From positions 62,558,001-62,622,000 of the forward strand of contig CM060732.1 in NCBI GenBank assembly GCA_030704615.1: a DNA stretch of 64,000 nt. The letters are read 5' to 3'. Source of the DNA: Takakia lepidozioides (lineage: Eukaryota; Plantae; Bryophyta). The notes beneath the pieces were generated by a model. That model was not told the DNA's origin and did not search any database. It saw nothing but the letters and a program-made list of their open reading frames with translations. Shown here one piece after another: positions 13,801 to 26,774 of this stretch (the stretch's first letter is position 1; each line of letters begins with the position of its first letter). The position numbers and the translations under genes were made by a program.

Positions 13801-15540
13801 AGTAAGACGAAATTTTGCGTAGTTGTACATAATATTAGGATCATTCATTCAAGCACACAGAAAAGCTGTCACCTTGACACTAGTTCATGTGGTGGACAGG
13901 TGCAAAGAAATCCGGGAACATCTCAGCAAGGGCTTGGGCGTGTCCAGATCAGTACTATGTGTGTGAAACGCAACCTTCTTGTTGCTGGCGGCTTTCAAGG
14001 CGAGATGATTTGCAAGGTAGAACCAGATGTGAGCTTGTCACATAGTAAGGGGTGGTTTTGATTGAGGGACCTGATCACATGTGTCAATTGCAATTCTCTT
14101 TTAGAATCATAAGTTATTGTGTAAAGTTCTGAAGTTGCACGTGTTGTTTCTTTCTCTGGGAGAAGAATTTGGACCGTCCAGGAGTATCCTACTGCGCAAA
14201 GATAACACATGATGACAATGCTATCACAAACGCTATCGACATTTATGACAGTGCCAGGTTCTCTTCTTGACATACTATTCCTTACAGACCATGTTTTGTT
14301 CATTCAAGAGTGCAGAGGTCTGTCTTGTTGTGAATTCAAACAACTTGAATAATTTTGCTTTCATAATCCCTTTTGGTTCTTGTTCATGGCAGTGGAGCGG
14401 TGCGTTTGATGAGCTCCAATAACGATTCAGTGGTCCGGGTATTTGACTGTAATAACTTTGCTGTTCTGGGCCGCTTCTATTTCCCATGGGCTGTAAATGT
14501 ATGGTTTACTCTACCCCTCTTGTTTGTATACTGCAGAACTCTCTAGATACTTCTTTTTTATTGTATTAGTGACCCTTGGTGCTGGACGTACGTAATTCTA
14601 CATGGCTGTGAAGTTGGGGAAGCCTTCTACTTAGGTTTGGCCAAGCCAGAGCCGCTCAGTTCCAGCAAGTGGTGAATAAGAGTAGGCCGACAATTGAGGA
14701 TAGTATATGTAGAAATGAGTAGCTGTTTGGCTAAAGTAAAAATCCTTCTATAATGACTAGTCGCATCCATGCACCTTACTTAGGCGGATGCAAATTGTGT
14801 AGTCATATTGGCACTGCTTACAGAAACAGTGACACTCTCAGACTCCAGATCTCTCTTGTTATCTTTTTGCACTTATCTGCTTGGTGAAGTGCTCCTCAAT
14901 CTGTACCCGTGTGTTCTTGCAGCATACATCTGTGAGTCCTGATAACAGAACAGTGATAGTGGTGGGAGACAATGCGGATGGGCTTCTGGCAGACAGTCAG
15001 AATGGCAAGGTATGTGTCTCACATTTACTGCATTTGTTACAAGTATGTCTGTTGAAGGTTTAAGCAGTATAACTTTCCTCTCTTTGAAGGACCTCTGATG
15101 CACATGGTTCTGGTGGTCACTTGCAGGTCATTGCAACTTTGAAGGGCCATTTGGACTACTCCTTTGCATCAGCATGGCATCCTGATGGTCGAATTTTTGC
15201 GACAGGAAACCAGGATACAACTTGCCGCCTCTGGGACACTCGGTACTTGGGGTCGTCACTGGCAGTTCTAAAAGGGCGGATTGGTGCAATTCGCTCAATA
15301 CGATTTAGCTCTGATGGGCGTTTCATGGCAATGGCTGAGCCTGCAGATTTCGTTCATGTTTTTGACACCAAGCAGGACTATGCCCAATGTCAGGAGATCG
15401 ATCTTTTTGGGGAAGTAGCTGGCATTTCCTTCAGCCCCGATACGGAGGCTCTTTTTGTTGGTGTAGCAGACCGCACATATGGCAGCTTGCTTGAGTTTAG
15501 CCGCAGTCATGCCAACTTCTATCTGTATTCCCTGCTGTAG
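10817..15540 (+). CDS. WD40-repeat protein (DUF2415 / C2A9.03-like family)
   Basis: Nine in-frame GT-AG exons: 10817-10957, 12012-12182, 12644-12730, 13255-13392, 13900-14016, 14166-14257, 14393-14498, 14923-15009, 15127-15540. Signature motifs GKDIQGIPWDRL, HFQLRNLVWATSKHDVY, GHLDYSFASAWHPDG, MAEPADFVHV, EIDLFGEVAGISFSPD. Confidence 0.95.
12903..13198 (-). mobile_element. tRNA-derived SINE inserted in intron 3 of the WD40 gene
   Basis: Minus-strand A-box TGGCCCAGTGG and B-box GGTTCAAAGCC, a CTT-type tail, and a perfect 13-bp TSD GATTGACAAGGAA at 12890-12902 and 13199-13211. Confidence 0.85.
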
Positions 15541-16855
15541 ACTCTCAAGGATTTTAGATGTAGTTAGACGGGTCTTCTTCAGACACATGTGTTGTCCTTG
15601 CTTGGTTCTATGTGTCTGAAGAGTTGGGTCGACAGTAGTTAAACACTGGCCGATTGTGATTAGAATCTAGAGGCTGCACTAGTCAAAGTCTGCAGGGTGT
15701 TGCTCACATAGTCAATACTCAACGCTTATGGCAAACATGGTTAGGGGTTTGATTTACTTTGTGTTCGAGAGAGACATGGTTGCAGTGGAAACAGCATGGA
15801 AGCAGCGTTGGTGGAAATTAGGAGGTTCAAAGACGGCATATGTGCGCTCTTCCCATCTTTCACAAATCGGAGTGTTTCTTGTTAGTAGAGATGCAGGGAG
15901 GGCTTCGAAAGTGATGAGTGCTGGAGCTCAAGGCTGCAGGACTTCACATTCTCTCTGTGGATCATGTCAGTGTCTTCAAACACATGGTACAGAAAAGTAG
16001 GGCACTCATACTCGGGATCTGGCCCACATTGGTCGAAAACTCAAGCGGAAATTCACCCTCTCACGCTGGCCTTCAAACTGTCCTAGGCACAGGGGGCTTT
16101 GGGCAGAAAGGGACTCCACAAGTCATGATGAAAGGATCGATTAGCTGGGTTAGGGACCTAGCTGTTGATCTCAGAACACTATACCTTGGTTTAAGAGGTG
16201 GAATGCTAGAGCCGGTGCTTCTTCCTAGCACCGGATGTATATATTGAGTGAAATCTACACAGTTGCAGGTCAGTTTATGAGTCCTTTTGTCTTTAGTCTT
16301 TAGATGGAAAAGGTTGCATTATATTCAATTAGATGGAAACAGGAACTCAATCCAGGATTCTCAGGTGAGCAAATTAAGTTGTCAGCCACAGATGCATCCC
16401 ATCCACAATGCAATGTATGATGCAATCTTGTGACAATGCTGCCAGGAGGTGAGCTTTTCCTTGCCAGTTTCAGTCCTGAGTAGATTGTCTTGCACATGGA
16501 GTGGTGGTGGATCTTTAATGAAGATCATCCTCCCAGAGCTATAAGGCCCCTGTTGTAGGTGATGTGGGGCTGGACCTCTGCACTGTCTGGCTGAGTGTCC
16601 CACCTGATCGTCCATGGAGGCAGTTTATGATGTATGGTTGCAGGGCTGTGTAGTGGAGATTGTTTCATGACAAATTTATCCTAATCTTCCCACTACTGAT
16701 GTTCAATAGAAGGTATCACCTATGAAACTTAAGCCCCTCAACCTACTCATGTAAGTGGGGACCTCCTCCACTTCCATTGAGGCATCCATGAGTGTGAATG
16801 ATTATTGATCCGTTCACCAACTATTGAGATTGAGGCGCCACTTACATTTACTTAA

Positions 16856-17505
16856 CCCTTAAACACCCAGTAGCCCGTTTCGGGCTTTTGGGTTTAGAAA
16901 AATCCGAATAACTTTTTGCATTCTCCATGGAATTGTGTGAAAAAAAAATATAGTGTTCTTGGGCACCTGGCACACCAAGATTCATTGCCCGATTGCCTCG
17001 GATCTGCCAAGTTGCAAAGAGGTCTCATCACGCAAGCAGGGGGTCACGATTTGATAAAGGTAATTCTGGTTGTTTCATTCTTCACGCTTGTGTCAGAGAG
17101 GGAGAGAAACATGGGATTTTCCCAGGTTTGACCAAGTGGCAACATCACATGCATTGGCCAAATTGGATACTTTTTGGCTTGTTGGACGAGGGATCTCAAG
17201 GGGATGAAACCTGCTAATTTCGCCTCAATCCCATTTGATCCCGTCACTCAAATCTTTAAGAAATTACCAAAAATGGATATGTTTCTCAAAAGGGCCCCAA
17301 TAATGGGGCCCACATTCAACGGTGGCATTTTGTGGATCTCGGGCTGATTGGCCTCAAATTCGGCATGTTGATGCAGGAGGAAGGTCCGCACCTAATATGC
17401 GGTCAAGTTCTTTAAAAAGTTAATTTTCTGAAAGTTACACCTTTTTTTCACTTAAGGGGTCATGTTTTCTGAAAAAGTCAAACTATGGCACTGGGCGTTT
17501 AAGGG
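16856..17505. mobile_element. Non-autonomous TTAA-flanked TIR element (piggyBac-like MITE, 650 bp)
   Basis: TTAA at 16852-16855 and 17506-17509. TIR CCCTTAAACACCCAGT versus CCCTTAAACGCCCAGT (15/16). Subterminal palindrome AGCCCG-TTT-CGGGCT. Confidence 0.85.
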
Positions 17506-17515
17506 TTAAGACAAC

Positions 17516-17549
17516 CCCCAAAGGACGAAGCGACCCAAAATTGGGTCGG
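17516..17549. mobile_element. Orphan left terminus of the CCCCTAAAGGAC element family
   Basis: CCCCCAAAGGACGAAGCGACCCAAAATTGGGTCG closely resembles the termini at 41936 (reverse complement) and 42862, including the CGACCC...GGGTCG palindrome. No partner end was found. Confidence 0.6.
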
Positions 17550-18866
17550 TTAGGTTTAGAAAAGTGTCTAGGTTAAGCCTGATTTGGGCATGTTTAGGTT
17601 CATTGGATAGGTAATCGAGTCAGCTATGAGGTGGCATTTCCCAATTAGTCATTGGGCCCGGCCCGAGCCACGTGGAACACCTAGAGTCTGTCACACTCGT
17701 GGTTTTCGGCCCCATTTTGGGCAGCTAACCTGCTAAGGGTCAACTAGGGTCAGTGGGAGAAACTCCACGCACCGCCCACTTCCCCAAGGGTGCCACGTCT
17801 CCCAACACCCTTTATTGCGCCCCCTCCACCCCAAAACGCCCCCATTCCCTGTGCTTGGAAGGCCCATGCAGTAACCCACGTACCTTAGGGCTACTGGCCA
17901 AAAAGTATAGGCAAACATAGGTGCACATGGAGACGTCATGGGCAAGGGAAAAAATCATATGAAGGGAGGCTCTGATTGGCACGAAAGTTTTTTTGTGCTT
18001 ACACAAACCTGCCCATTACAGTACAACCGGAGCGATTGCCAATTCAACGGTTCAGATATTTTCACCGAATTTTCTAATACGGTTTTGTGCTTGCCCATTT
18101 GAAATTGGAAAATTTGACCTCCCAAATTGGCCATACAAAGCAGCCCACATGAGAACATGTCAGAAAAAGCTGAAATTTTCAGGGCAGGTGCCTTACCTGG
18201 CAGTGTCATGTCAAGAAAATTCACAACTGGGAAATTCGATAAGAAAAGCTGTTTTTTCTTACCCCATTGTAAGTAGGAAATTTGTTTTTGGCCCAACTTA
18301 CAACATTATAATCTTGCAATCCGGCGGGTCGACTTGGACCAGACTATATGAACTAGGCAGCGCCCCGCAGGGACGCTGCTACGCGGGGTATTCTCTTCCT
18401 ACCTGCGCTCCGAGACCCATAGGGTCGAGGGCAGGTAGGAACAGAACACCCCCAGTAGCTAAGCGCCACGTGGGGCAGCTACCGTGCGTAGCGCACACAA
18501 GCCCGACTCGAACCGTAGGGTACTTTATAAATCAGGTAGGTACCTCGTTTTTCCAGATAGGTAGCTACGCTTTTTGTCCAAGCTCTTCGTTCTGAGGTTT
18601 AAGCGTGAGAGAGTGCACACGATTCGAGTTTTAGGCGCTGTGAGCGGCACATCAATATTGGGCGCTGTTGAGCTCCAGCGCGAATTGGCCACTGCAAGCT
18701 TAGTTAAGGTTGTGATCGTGGCTTTTTTTGTGTGCATCTTGCTCAGTTTCAATTTCATGCTTTTTGTGATGGATTCTGTGAAGGGAGTTCGCACTGCTAG
18801 GAAGAGAAATATGAAAGCATGCTTGAACAAGATTTCTTGCAGTGCTATTGGGAGTAGTGGATCTGT

Positions 18867-21031
18867 ATGCAGTTTTGTGTGCCTACTTTTGATTTGGGAA
18901 TCGATCTCTCCAACAGGAAGCGGCGACTCAGTCGTGTTGTGCCTTCTGACCCTGTGATTCAAGCGACTACTCGTGATCCTATGATTGAAGCACAACAGCC
19001 CCGCACCATTTTGGAAGTTGTGAAGTTTGAGAGCAAGTCTCGAAGACTATTGGCACTATCGACAGTAGTGGACACTCGCATGTCTCCCTCGTCTGGTGTG
19101 ATGGTGGTAGCTGAGCGCAATGTGCCTCAGGGTGTGAGAGGCGAAATACCGAGTGTAGTTGAGGTTGAGGGCAACTCACTTATGGTAGTTAAGCGTGAGG
19201 CCAATTCACTTCCGGTAGTTGAGCAAGATGCACCTGTTGTTGAATCTTCCATCCCATCGCTAAAATGCATGGAAATTGACTCACCTTCAGATGCTAGTCA
19301 GGCTTCAAGTCATGAAATAGAAGTTGTCAGGCAGGACTTGGTTCTTGATTGTGTGGAGGTTGAGGATCCTGTTGATGTAGTCACTGCACCTCTCACAGTG
19401 AGTGCTCCTAAAGCAGCCAGTAGGGCCAAGAAAGTCAAGAACCAGCTTGTAGAGCATGAGCCGGTTGTGATTTCTGTAGGATTCATGGATTTCGACCAAG
19501 CTGCTTTCGAGAAGTTGATGAGTGACTATAGCGTTGCTAGCCTACGTAACGAAACATGGTGCAGAAACTGTTTTGACGAGTGGAGAGCAATTATGAGCAT
19601 TGATAGGAATGTACTTCTAGAAGACCTTCCCCTGCAAGACCTTGCAGGAATGCTTTGTAAATTCTTCTTGATGGTTAAGAAAAAAGATGGATCAAGGTAT
19701 CCAGCAGATTCGCTGATGAATCTCTACTCGTCTATTGACCGAATGCTTATCAAAAAGCAGGAGAGGCGAATTCTTGTGACCGGTGAAGCTGAGCCTCGCT
19801 TTAATATTTATATTCATGCTTTTTTTATCGGGATCAATAAGGCCATTGTGGAGGCGATGACTTAGTCAAGGAATAGTGGTGTGAACAAGAATCGAAGAAA
19901 AGTCAATGGCATATCTGCTGATGAGGAACGGCGGATACTGGCACACCGTTCTCACCAGATCACCACTACTCACGGGCTGCAAAAGCGCATGGCATGGTAC
20001 TGCCTCAACATGTTCTTGATTCGCGGGGATAACGAGCTCTACAAACTACTATTGACTGATTTCGAGCTTGGGCAAGATGGCGGGAAGATGCATCTAAAGT
20101 AAGAATCTCAACTATCTTGAGTTCAAGAAGCTAGTGCATGTCTACTTTTATAACTCCATGTACTTGTTGAATCTAACATCATGTTGCCTTGCTATGTTTC
20201 AGGTATGATGAAAGGTTATCAAAAACCTACAAGATCACGACCAAGAAGTTCCAACAGGAACACTTTAGGCCCCCTGTGTTCTTGTTCGATCCTGACGTCA
20301 TATTGACCTACATGACACTACTACAACATATGCCAGCTAACCTTGACGGCGGAGCCCATCTATTCCTTTCCCCCATTCCTCATCCTTCTGATATTGTTTG
20401 GTACAAGTGTGCGATTAATGTGGGCAGAAATGTAATACAAAAGTACTTGAAGGATATGGCTGCAGCAGTAGGAATAGTTGGCAATATTACAAATAAGTCT
20501 CCTAGAGTGACAACGATTAGCAGAATGTCTGCAGCTCAGGTTCCTCAAGATGTGATCATCGATGTGACTGGGCACTGCAATGTGAAGACCTTGTCTCGCT
20601 ATGACAAGAGTATATTGATGAAGCAGAAAGCGGCTCAACAATTGAGCAGAAATCCTTATGATCTCACAACTGGTGCTCCTCTTAGCTTTGATCACTACTA
20701 TCAAATTGAGCTAGCTAGGTACCATACAAATGAACTTGGTGGTTCTAATTTGCCGGTCTCATCTCAGGACAAGATTGCAAGCATTGCAGAGACAGAAGCT
20801 ATGCAGGACGACATTCCTTGCATTGCAGGTTTGTTTGAGGAACCTGAAGCGGCCTCTGCGACTTCTCCACAACGAATGGTCGTGGAGGACGTGACCAACA
20901 TCACTCCCCTCAAGTCTTGCACCCCAGTGTCTCAACTACGGGTTATTGCGCCGAGGAACGTTACAATGCACGATTCATGCAGGGTTGCGGAGGAATTTGC
21001 AGGCTCATACGCCTTTGCGAATTCCATGTAG
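18867..21031 (+). mobile_element. Crypton-type (DUF3504-like) tyrosine recombinase gene with one premature stop
   Basis: Core-binding region LCKFFLMVKKKDGSRYPADSL; catalytic-domain motifs FLIRG (R), RLSKT (K), TNKSPR (KxxR), TGH and LSRY (Y). In-frame TAG at 19863-19865. Phase-2 intron 20099-20202 restores ...HLK-YDER... True start codon uncertain. Confidence 0.85.
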
Positions 21032-22770
21032 CAGCGAGTAGTGCACATTCCTCAACGTTAACCATCATTCAACCAGACTCTGAATGTTCCTTATACTGCA
21101 GCTGTGGCAAGTGTTGCTACCCAGAGGGCTCCACCATTTTCTAGCTTTGTATATGCTAGACCACCTCCAATAGTTATACCTCCAACTCCAGTTGCTAGAC
21201 CTCCATCTCATGTATATGTGGTTCTTGTATCTCTAGCTCCACCTGTTGATACTTTTGGGACAATTTCGATTGGGACCATTTTTTTCCAGAGATTCCTGAA
21301 CGGGCTCCTATTTCCTTGACACCAACTGCTATTTCTGAAGGTGATGTTTCAGTTCCTGTTGTTCCAACTCAGTTTCCATCTGCTTATGAGGTGCATATGA
21401 ATGCACCTCCAACTTCAGTTGCCGAGCCTTATGTGTCCGCTCCTAATGAGCCTCTTGTACCAGTTTTACAAGAGGCTAAAGGTGTTGACAAAGGTATTGT
21501 ATCGCTGGCAGGTGACCATGAGATGGTTTCAGTCACTGTACCACCTAAGGTGCCATTGCCATTGTTTGGACTGACCAATGGTATTGGAGTTGGGAGTTTG
21601 TTTCTCCATGGAAATGTGATATCTTATAGTATCTTCAATTTCAATTTTGTTCTGGACCCAATTATGATGGCATCACTCTTGGGGAATTGTCCTCGTCAAC
21701 AGAATTGAGACTCTGAGTGGTTGATTGAGGTTCAGTACTGTAGACTGCATACAAATTAGTAGTTGCAAGAAATATTTGTGTTCATCGAAAGATTATAGTC
21801 GCTAGATTCATCCATGCTGAAAGATATGAACCATCTAAAGTTGACAGTATCAGAGATTATGGCTTTCTAGCTCTTTCCTTGTAAGTTGTAGGATATAGAG
21901 GAGGACTACTCCATGTAGAGGCCATCTAGTTCATACATAGGCCATTTACTTCATACACAAGTGGGAAATCCCCTCATATAGACAGTCACACAGATTTCTT
22001 GCATGATTGTACATAACATTCATACATGCAACAAAGACTTGGTCTATGAATAAAGAAAGAGCTGCTGCTGTAGACCAATTTTCAACTTCCATATGTGTGA
22101 CTGCTCACATGATTTTGCATTAGATGTAATTTGTGAGATCTATTCAGTAATCTAGTGCAATGGCGTTCGAAGAGCTCACCTATAGACCTGACCACATGCA
22201 TGCTACTTTGAGGACAATTAGGAAAACTGAAATGTATATAGACCGAGGAAGTTGCAGACAATTTCTGTGCTTGTCAAGCTGATATCAAATATGTCACTTT
22301 GGAAGTTTCATACGTTGTCTGTGCTCAAGCAGGGATCCACACCATCGATTGCCACCGATTTCTCAGTCCGTTTGGACCTGAAAGAAGGATGGCAGATTTC
22401 AAGCCTCTATGCAAACCAGGAACAAGGATAGGCATCCACAAGAAAGAACTTTGGTAGGCTACAAAGCGGTTCACAAGGTCGTTCACTACGGCCTGTAGCC
22501 GGCTCCCCGCCAATGTCAAAGCGCCAAGTAGGCGAGAGTTGGGGACTAGTGCGCTACGTACTCGCAGCCTCGTGTGATTCACGTGTGCGTGGCATGACAC
22601 TTATATTACAAAATCTGACGGTCTTTGGATGGCGTCATAGACCTAGAAAGGGATCACATAATAGGATTTTAGAGCAGACTCGCTGACGTGGCGTGTTTCT
22701 ACTGGATTTGAGGAGGGGGTGCTATATGTGGTATTCTACGACCTACTAGATTTAACTACCTATGCGGCTC

Positions 22771-22916
22771 GGTAGGTCCTGGCTCCCTGCTATATCCGGT
22801 GGTGGTAGGTATGTACAAAGGTAAACTGACTGGCTCGCTGCCCTAAAAACCGGTTATGTCTGGTAGCGCTCTAGAGGAGCCATGCTACCGGAGATAGTAG
22901 GGAGCCAGGACCTACC
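22771..22916. repeat. Short inverted-repeat (foldback/MITE-like) element with a third copy of the arm at ~22929-22966
   Basis: GGTAGGTCCTGGCTCCCTGCTATATCCGGT (22771-22800) matches the reverse complement of 22887-22916 at 28/30. Confidence 0.7.
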
Positions 22917-23049
22917 TCGCCGCGTTAAAGGTCCTGGCTCCCTGGCTCCCTGCTATATCCGGTAGCAGGTGCTCCTCTCAAATGCTACCTATTCCATAAT
23001 AAGAGCCGAGGAATCGTCGATGTTGTATCATCTTTACCGCTGCAAATCC

Positions 23050-24248
23050 ATATACACAAAGTTCGATCTCACACAGACATAATAGGTAGTGACATAGCAG
23101 ACCATCTTGCCCAACTTGGAACATTCAGCCAATCATCAACCCCTCGACCAGCCCTATCCACCGGTCGCACACATACCCGTTTTGGCTCATATCAACAAGG
23201 GCTACATTCCCGACCATAGCACCTATACGGAATCTGCATACACATTCAAGGCGAGACCAAATCACTTATACAAGAATCCCGCACCTACAGAAATTCGTAC
23301 ATATCTAAGTGGGTCTCGTCCCCGCACCTGCTACATAGTATGTCTAATCATTTTTGGACATCCCCCAGGGTTACCGATGCACAAATCAAACAAACTTTGA
23401 AATTTCGATATGGTCAATACATGGGCAATCAACAACGGAACTTGTTTTGGCCATTATTATACCCCAATAAACACTACGTGTTATGTTCATCCCAAAATCC
23501 CCAAATAGATACATGGCCACACTTACTTCTCTACTGCAACCACCCCATAAATACATGGGTTGCGGGTAACCAGACATAACCAAGGGGTTAGACAACTCCA
23601 CAAAATTCTCACTTCACATCCGAAATCCAGATGGTTTAGCCTCATCAATGCAGGCACATTCCAAGGTCGCCCACCGGACCACACCATACCCCCATGGCTG
23701 CTACCGTGTATATGTTCCTAAGGACACCCGTGCCTTTGTCTAGCAAGACTATGCCCAGATATTTTGCTAGTCCAGGGACTTCCTATTCAGGCATTGCCAC
23801 CGACAGAACCGCTTCCATCTCTCAAAATACATTTTCTGGAATTTGCATTCTGCCATGATCGAAATCCAGATCAATCAATTATGTACAAACATGAAAAATA
23901 TGACCCAATCATACATGCCCTCCGTCACAGAGGCTGGAACACGGCACCTCTGACCGTCATCACTGCGGGTGTCAGGGGCGGTGCTCATACCCATAATATC
24001 CAAGGTTTGAAAGATAATCTTAACCTACCACCCAAATACCCTACACCTCTACTACGAACGTTGCATTTCACAGCTATTTCATCACTCACATCCCTAATCC
24101 TCAATAAACGTAAGATTGAAAGTGGCCAGCTAGCCACTGTGTGACAGGTTACGGTTCGGATAGAGCCCACTCCTGAAAGGGGGCAGTACCCGCAAGGGGA
24201 AGAGGCTCTTATTTACGCTAGCTTCGGTTGGCGTCATATATATATATA
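23050..24248 (+). mobile_element. 5'-truncated non-LTR retrotransposon, C-terminal zinc knuckle plus restriction-like endonuclease (Dualen/RandI-like)
   Basis: Frameshifted reading LKFRYGQYMG...C...DTWPHLLLYC...RHN...CLARLCPDILLV...IHFLEFAFCHD...KHEKYDP...GW...TAGVRG gives the RHN/PD/E/KxxKY RLE signature. Stop at 24144, short 3' UTR, then (AT)n. Confidence 0.8.
24162..24234 (+). other. Compact structured RNA element in the LINE 3' UTR
   Basis: AGAGCC/GGCTCT stem encloses CTCCT-GAAA-GGGGG and C-AGTA-CCC-GCAA-GGG-GAA-G, followed by ACGCTAGC-TTCG-GTTGGCGT. Confidence 0.65.
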
Positions 24249-25760
24249 AGCTAGCCGCCTTTCACATGTGAGAGTATGTGCCCTCCCTCCCCATTGGCCT
24301 GACCGCTCCAATTCACTCCATTTTTTTGACCTTCAGGAATAGCCCCTGCCAGAATTATTGGGACCCTTATACGCATATTTATCCGCTTACAAAGCCTCAT
24401 GCTGGTTATTTTTTCCACTTTTTAATTTATTCTGGCTCTTGACTTTTTTCAAAAAAATTAAAAAAATAATAATATATATCCGGCTAGTTATTGCCAAGGA
24501 AGGTGGGGAGAGAATATGATATCTTTTGTGTGTATCTATCCAACCGAGCTACATAGTGCAACTTCGAAGAATGATCCTCGCTTCAATTCCTTCGTTCTAA
24601 AATGCTGTTAAGAAACTAGTGGTGATTCTCTTATCATTTTTTTGTGCTATGGACTCAAACCCTCAGCGGACAGCAGGCAGCGCCAAGGACATTTCGAGGC
24701 AATACCCAAGCGAGCGAAGGAATCGGGACCCCCATACGGCACAGACAAACCTTAGCCGCAAGCAAGGTGCAGCACTGCAGAGGCCAGTAAGACCAAAGCA
24801 CACAAACAGGCCCAGAAAAGCCAAAGAGCGACAGCTATGGACTCTCCTTGTCCCCTCCGTTCAGAACACACTTGGTTCCTTGAATTCGAGAACTCACGCA
24901 TTCCAGATGACGTACGTAGCCTCACAAGCAAGACAATTGTTCCCCTGCCCCCATACGCGCCATATACACATAATTTAAGATCAACTTACGGAAGCAGCAC
25001 AATTGAGGCATCTTCCATCCATCTTTAGTGCTATGTATCATTTCGAGTGTCCAAAATCTTTACATTGGGTGGCATTAGAAAGTGGCCCGTTCTTTACTGT
25101 GTTTTACTTGTACGTACCCTCATATTTACTATAATGTCCATAGTGCACATGACCACACATTCAATGGAAAGTTTTGCACTTGCATGCTTAGATCCACAGT
25201 GCATATAAGCAAGTCCTTGTAATACTTGTGATGTTGTATTTGATTGGTGATGTGAGGTGATGTGAGGTGATGTGATGTTGCATTTGATTGGTGGCTGGCA
25301 GGGCTTTCTTAAGTTCAGCACACTTCAGGAGTGGATTGTTTATCAGCCATTCAGAATTGTGGACTATGGTAGGTGATATTGTAGAATTTCGAACAGATGG
25401 AATTGATTGGTGAGGACCAGCAGGAGAGTGCTGGCGATATATCCTGATTTAGGAACATCTGATCTGGTTACTCTCTACCTGGAAGAGGTCTATTCCCATC
25501 ATGGGCTATTTACCGGACTGCCCGCCCGAAATATGCCAATAGAAATCGCCCGCTCTACTTTTCTTGACTGGAATTGCTTAGCTTGGGAGGGATATACTGA
25601 TATACTTGGTGATTGGCGCGCACAGGTGGCCATCAGCGTCGGGAGCCAGTGTATGAGCAGTTAGATTTTTTGTTTTAGCTTTCACGGTGCTTCCTGACCA
25701 GCTTAGTGGGCTGGTTGAATGGACTTGTTTTGATTTGTGTTTTTCGGATAATTATTTCAG

Positions 25761-25895
25761 AAGTGGTGCAAGGGAAAGCAGAAGGAGAAGGTAAACAACT
25801 TAGTGCTGTTCGATCAAGGCACTTACGACAAGCTGCTGAGTGAAGTGCCCAAATACAAGCTCATTACCCCTTTAGTGTTGTCCGACAATCTTGGG
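25761..25895 (+). pseudogene. RPS25: Isolated exon of 40S ribosomal protein S25
   Basis: After the acceptor atttcag it reads [44 protein letters not shown]. The other exons were not found. Confidence 0.85.
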
Positions 25896-26774
25896 TACTA
25901 ACTCTATGAATATGACATGTGGATAGGTGATAGTGAGCCGGTGGTTGCATTTGTCCAATATAGATTTTTAGTGGAGCATGACTTGCCAGCTCTGTACGTT
26001 TATGAGCTGCAGCTGGAGCAATGCGTTCAAGGGGCTTGGCAAATTCTTGATGCAGTTCATTGAATTGATTGCATGAAACGTGTGTCTCTTTCCTTATGTT
26101 GTCCCAGTGGGAGCGTAAGTGTAAACTAGATATATTAATTTCAGCTCATGCTATGTTATAGGTCAGTCATTCTCTTTGCCAACATCGAGATGTGATAAGT
26201 GGTCCCTACAATCAAGAATGGCTTGGGTGTTGATTGTGTGATTTAGTCATACAAATTCATCTACCAGTCTATCCTGAATGAATCATTTAGTTGGAGGACT
26301 CGTAGATAATCAAGATGATTTCTATGGTGTGATGACATCACAAGAACCATGGGGGGGGGGACTGTGCAGCAGCAGACCATTCAAAGGCTGCTACCTACAA
26401 CCATAAGCTGTTGCTATGAGTGAGAAGCATCCAAGTTGTCCGTCTGCCAAGGCTCCAGTGAGTAGCTACTTTCGCTGGACTCCAATGGAGGGTGTTTATA
26501 AACTTATAGTTCAATTCTTCAAAGACATTATGTCGGCATGAATGTCGAGGTGATGATTGATTTGTTTTATTTTTTCCTCCATTATCTGTTGCTTTTTGAA
26601 TTGATTGTTGGGTCAATGTTCACAATGTTCGAAATGGAGCAATTATGCATATTAATTCATTATTGAACTAGACGTGGAGAGCCAATATATTTCTCTCGTG
26701 TTTGTCATTTGTCTCGCATATCCCTCTGACTTCGACAGTAATGTCGAAGTTGTCTCGGTTGATCCTAATGTTTC

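Noticed and set aside
14753-14808. Imperfect intronic hairpin as a miRNA or snoRNA
   Set aside because: Stem is short and bulged, with no box motifs or other support.
17993-18995. Long ORFs of 200, 127 and 156 aa upstream of the recombinase
   Set aside because: No recognisable motifs, overlapping on both strands, within TE-like non-coding sequence.
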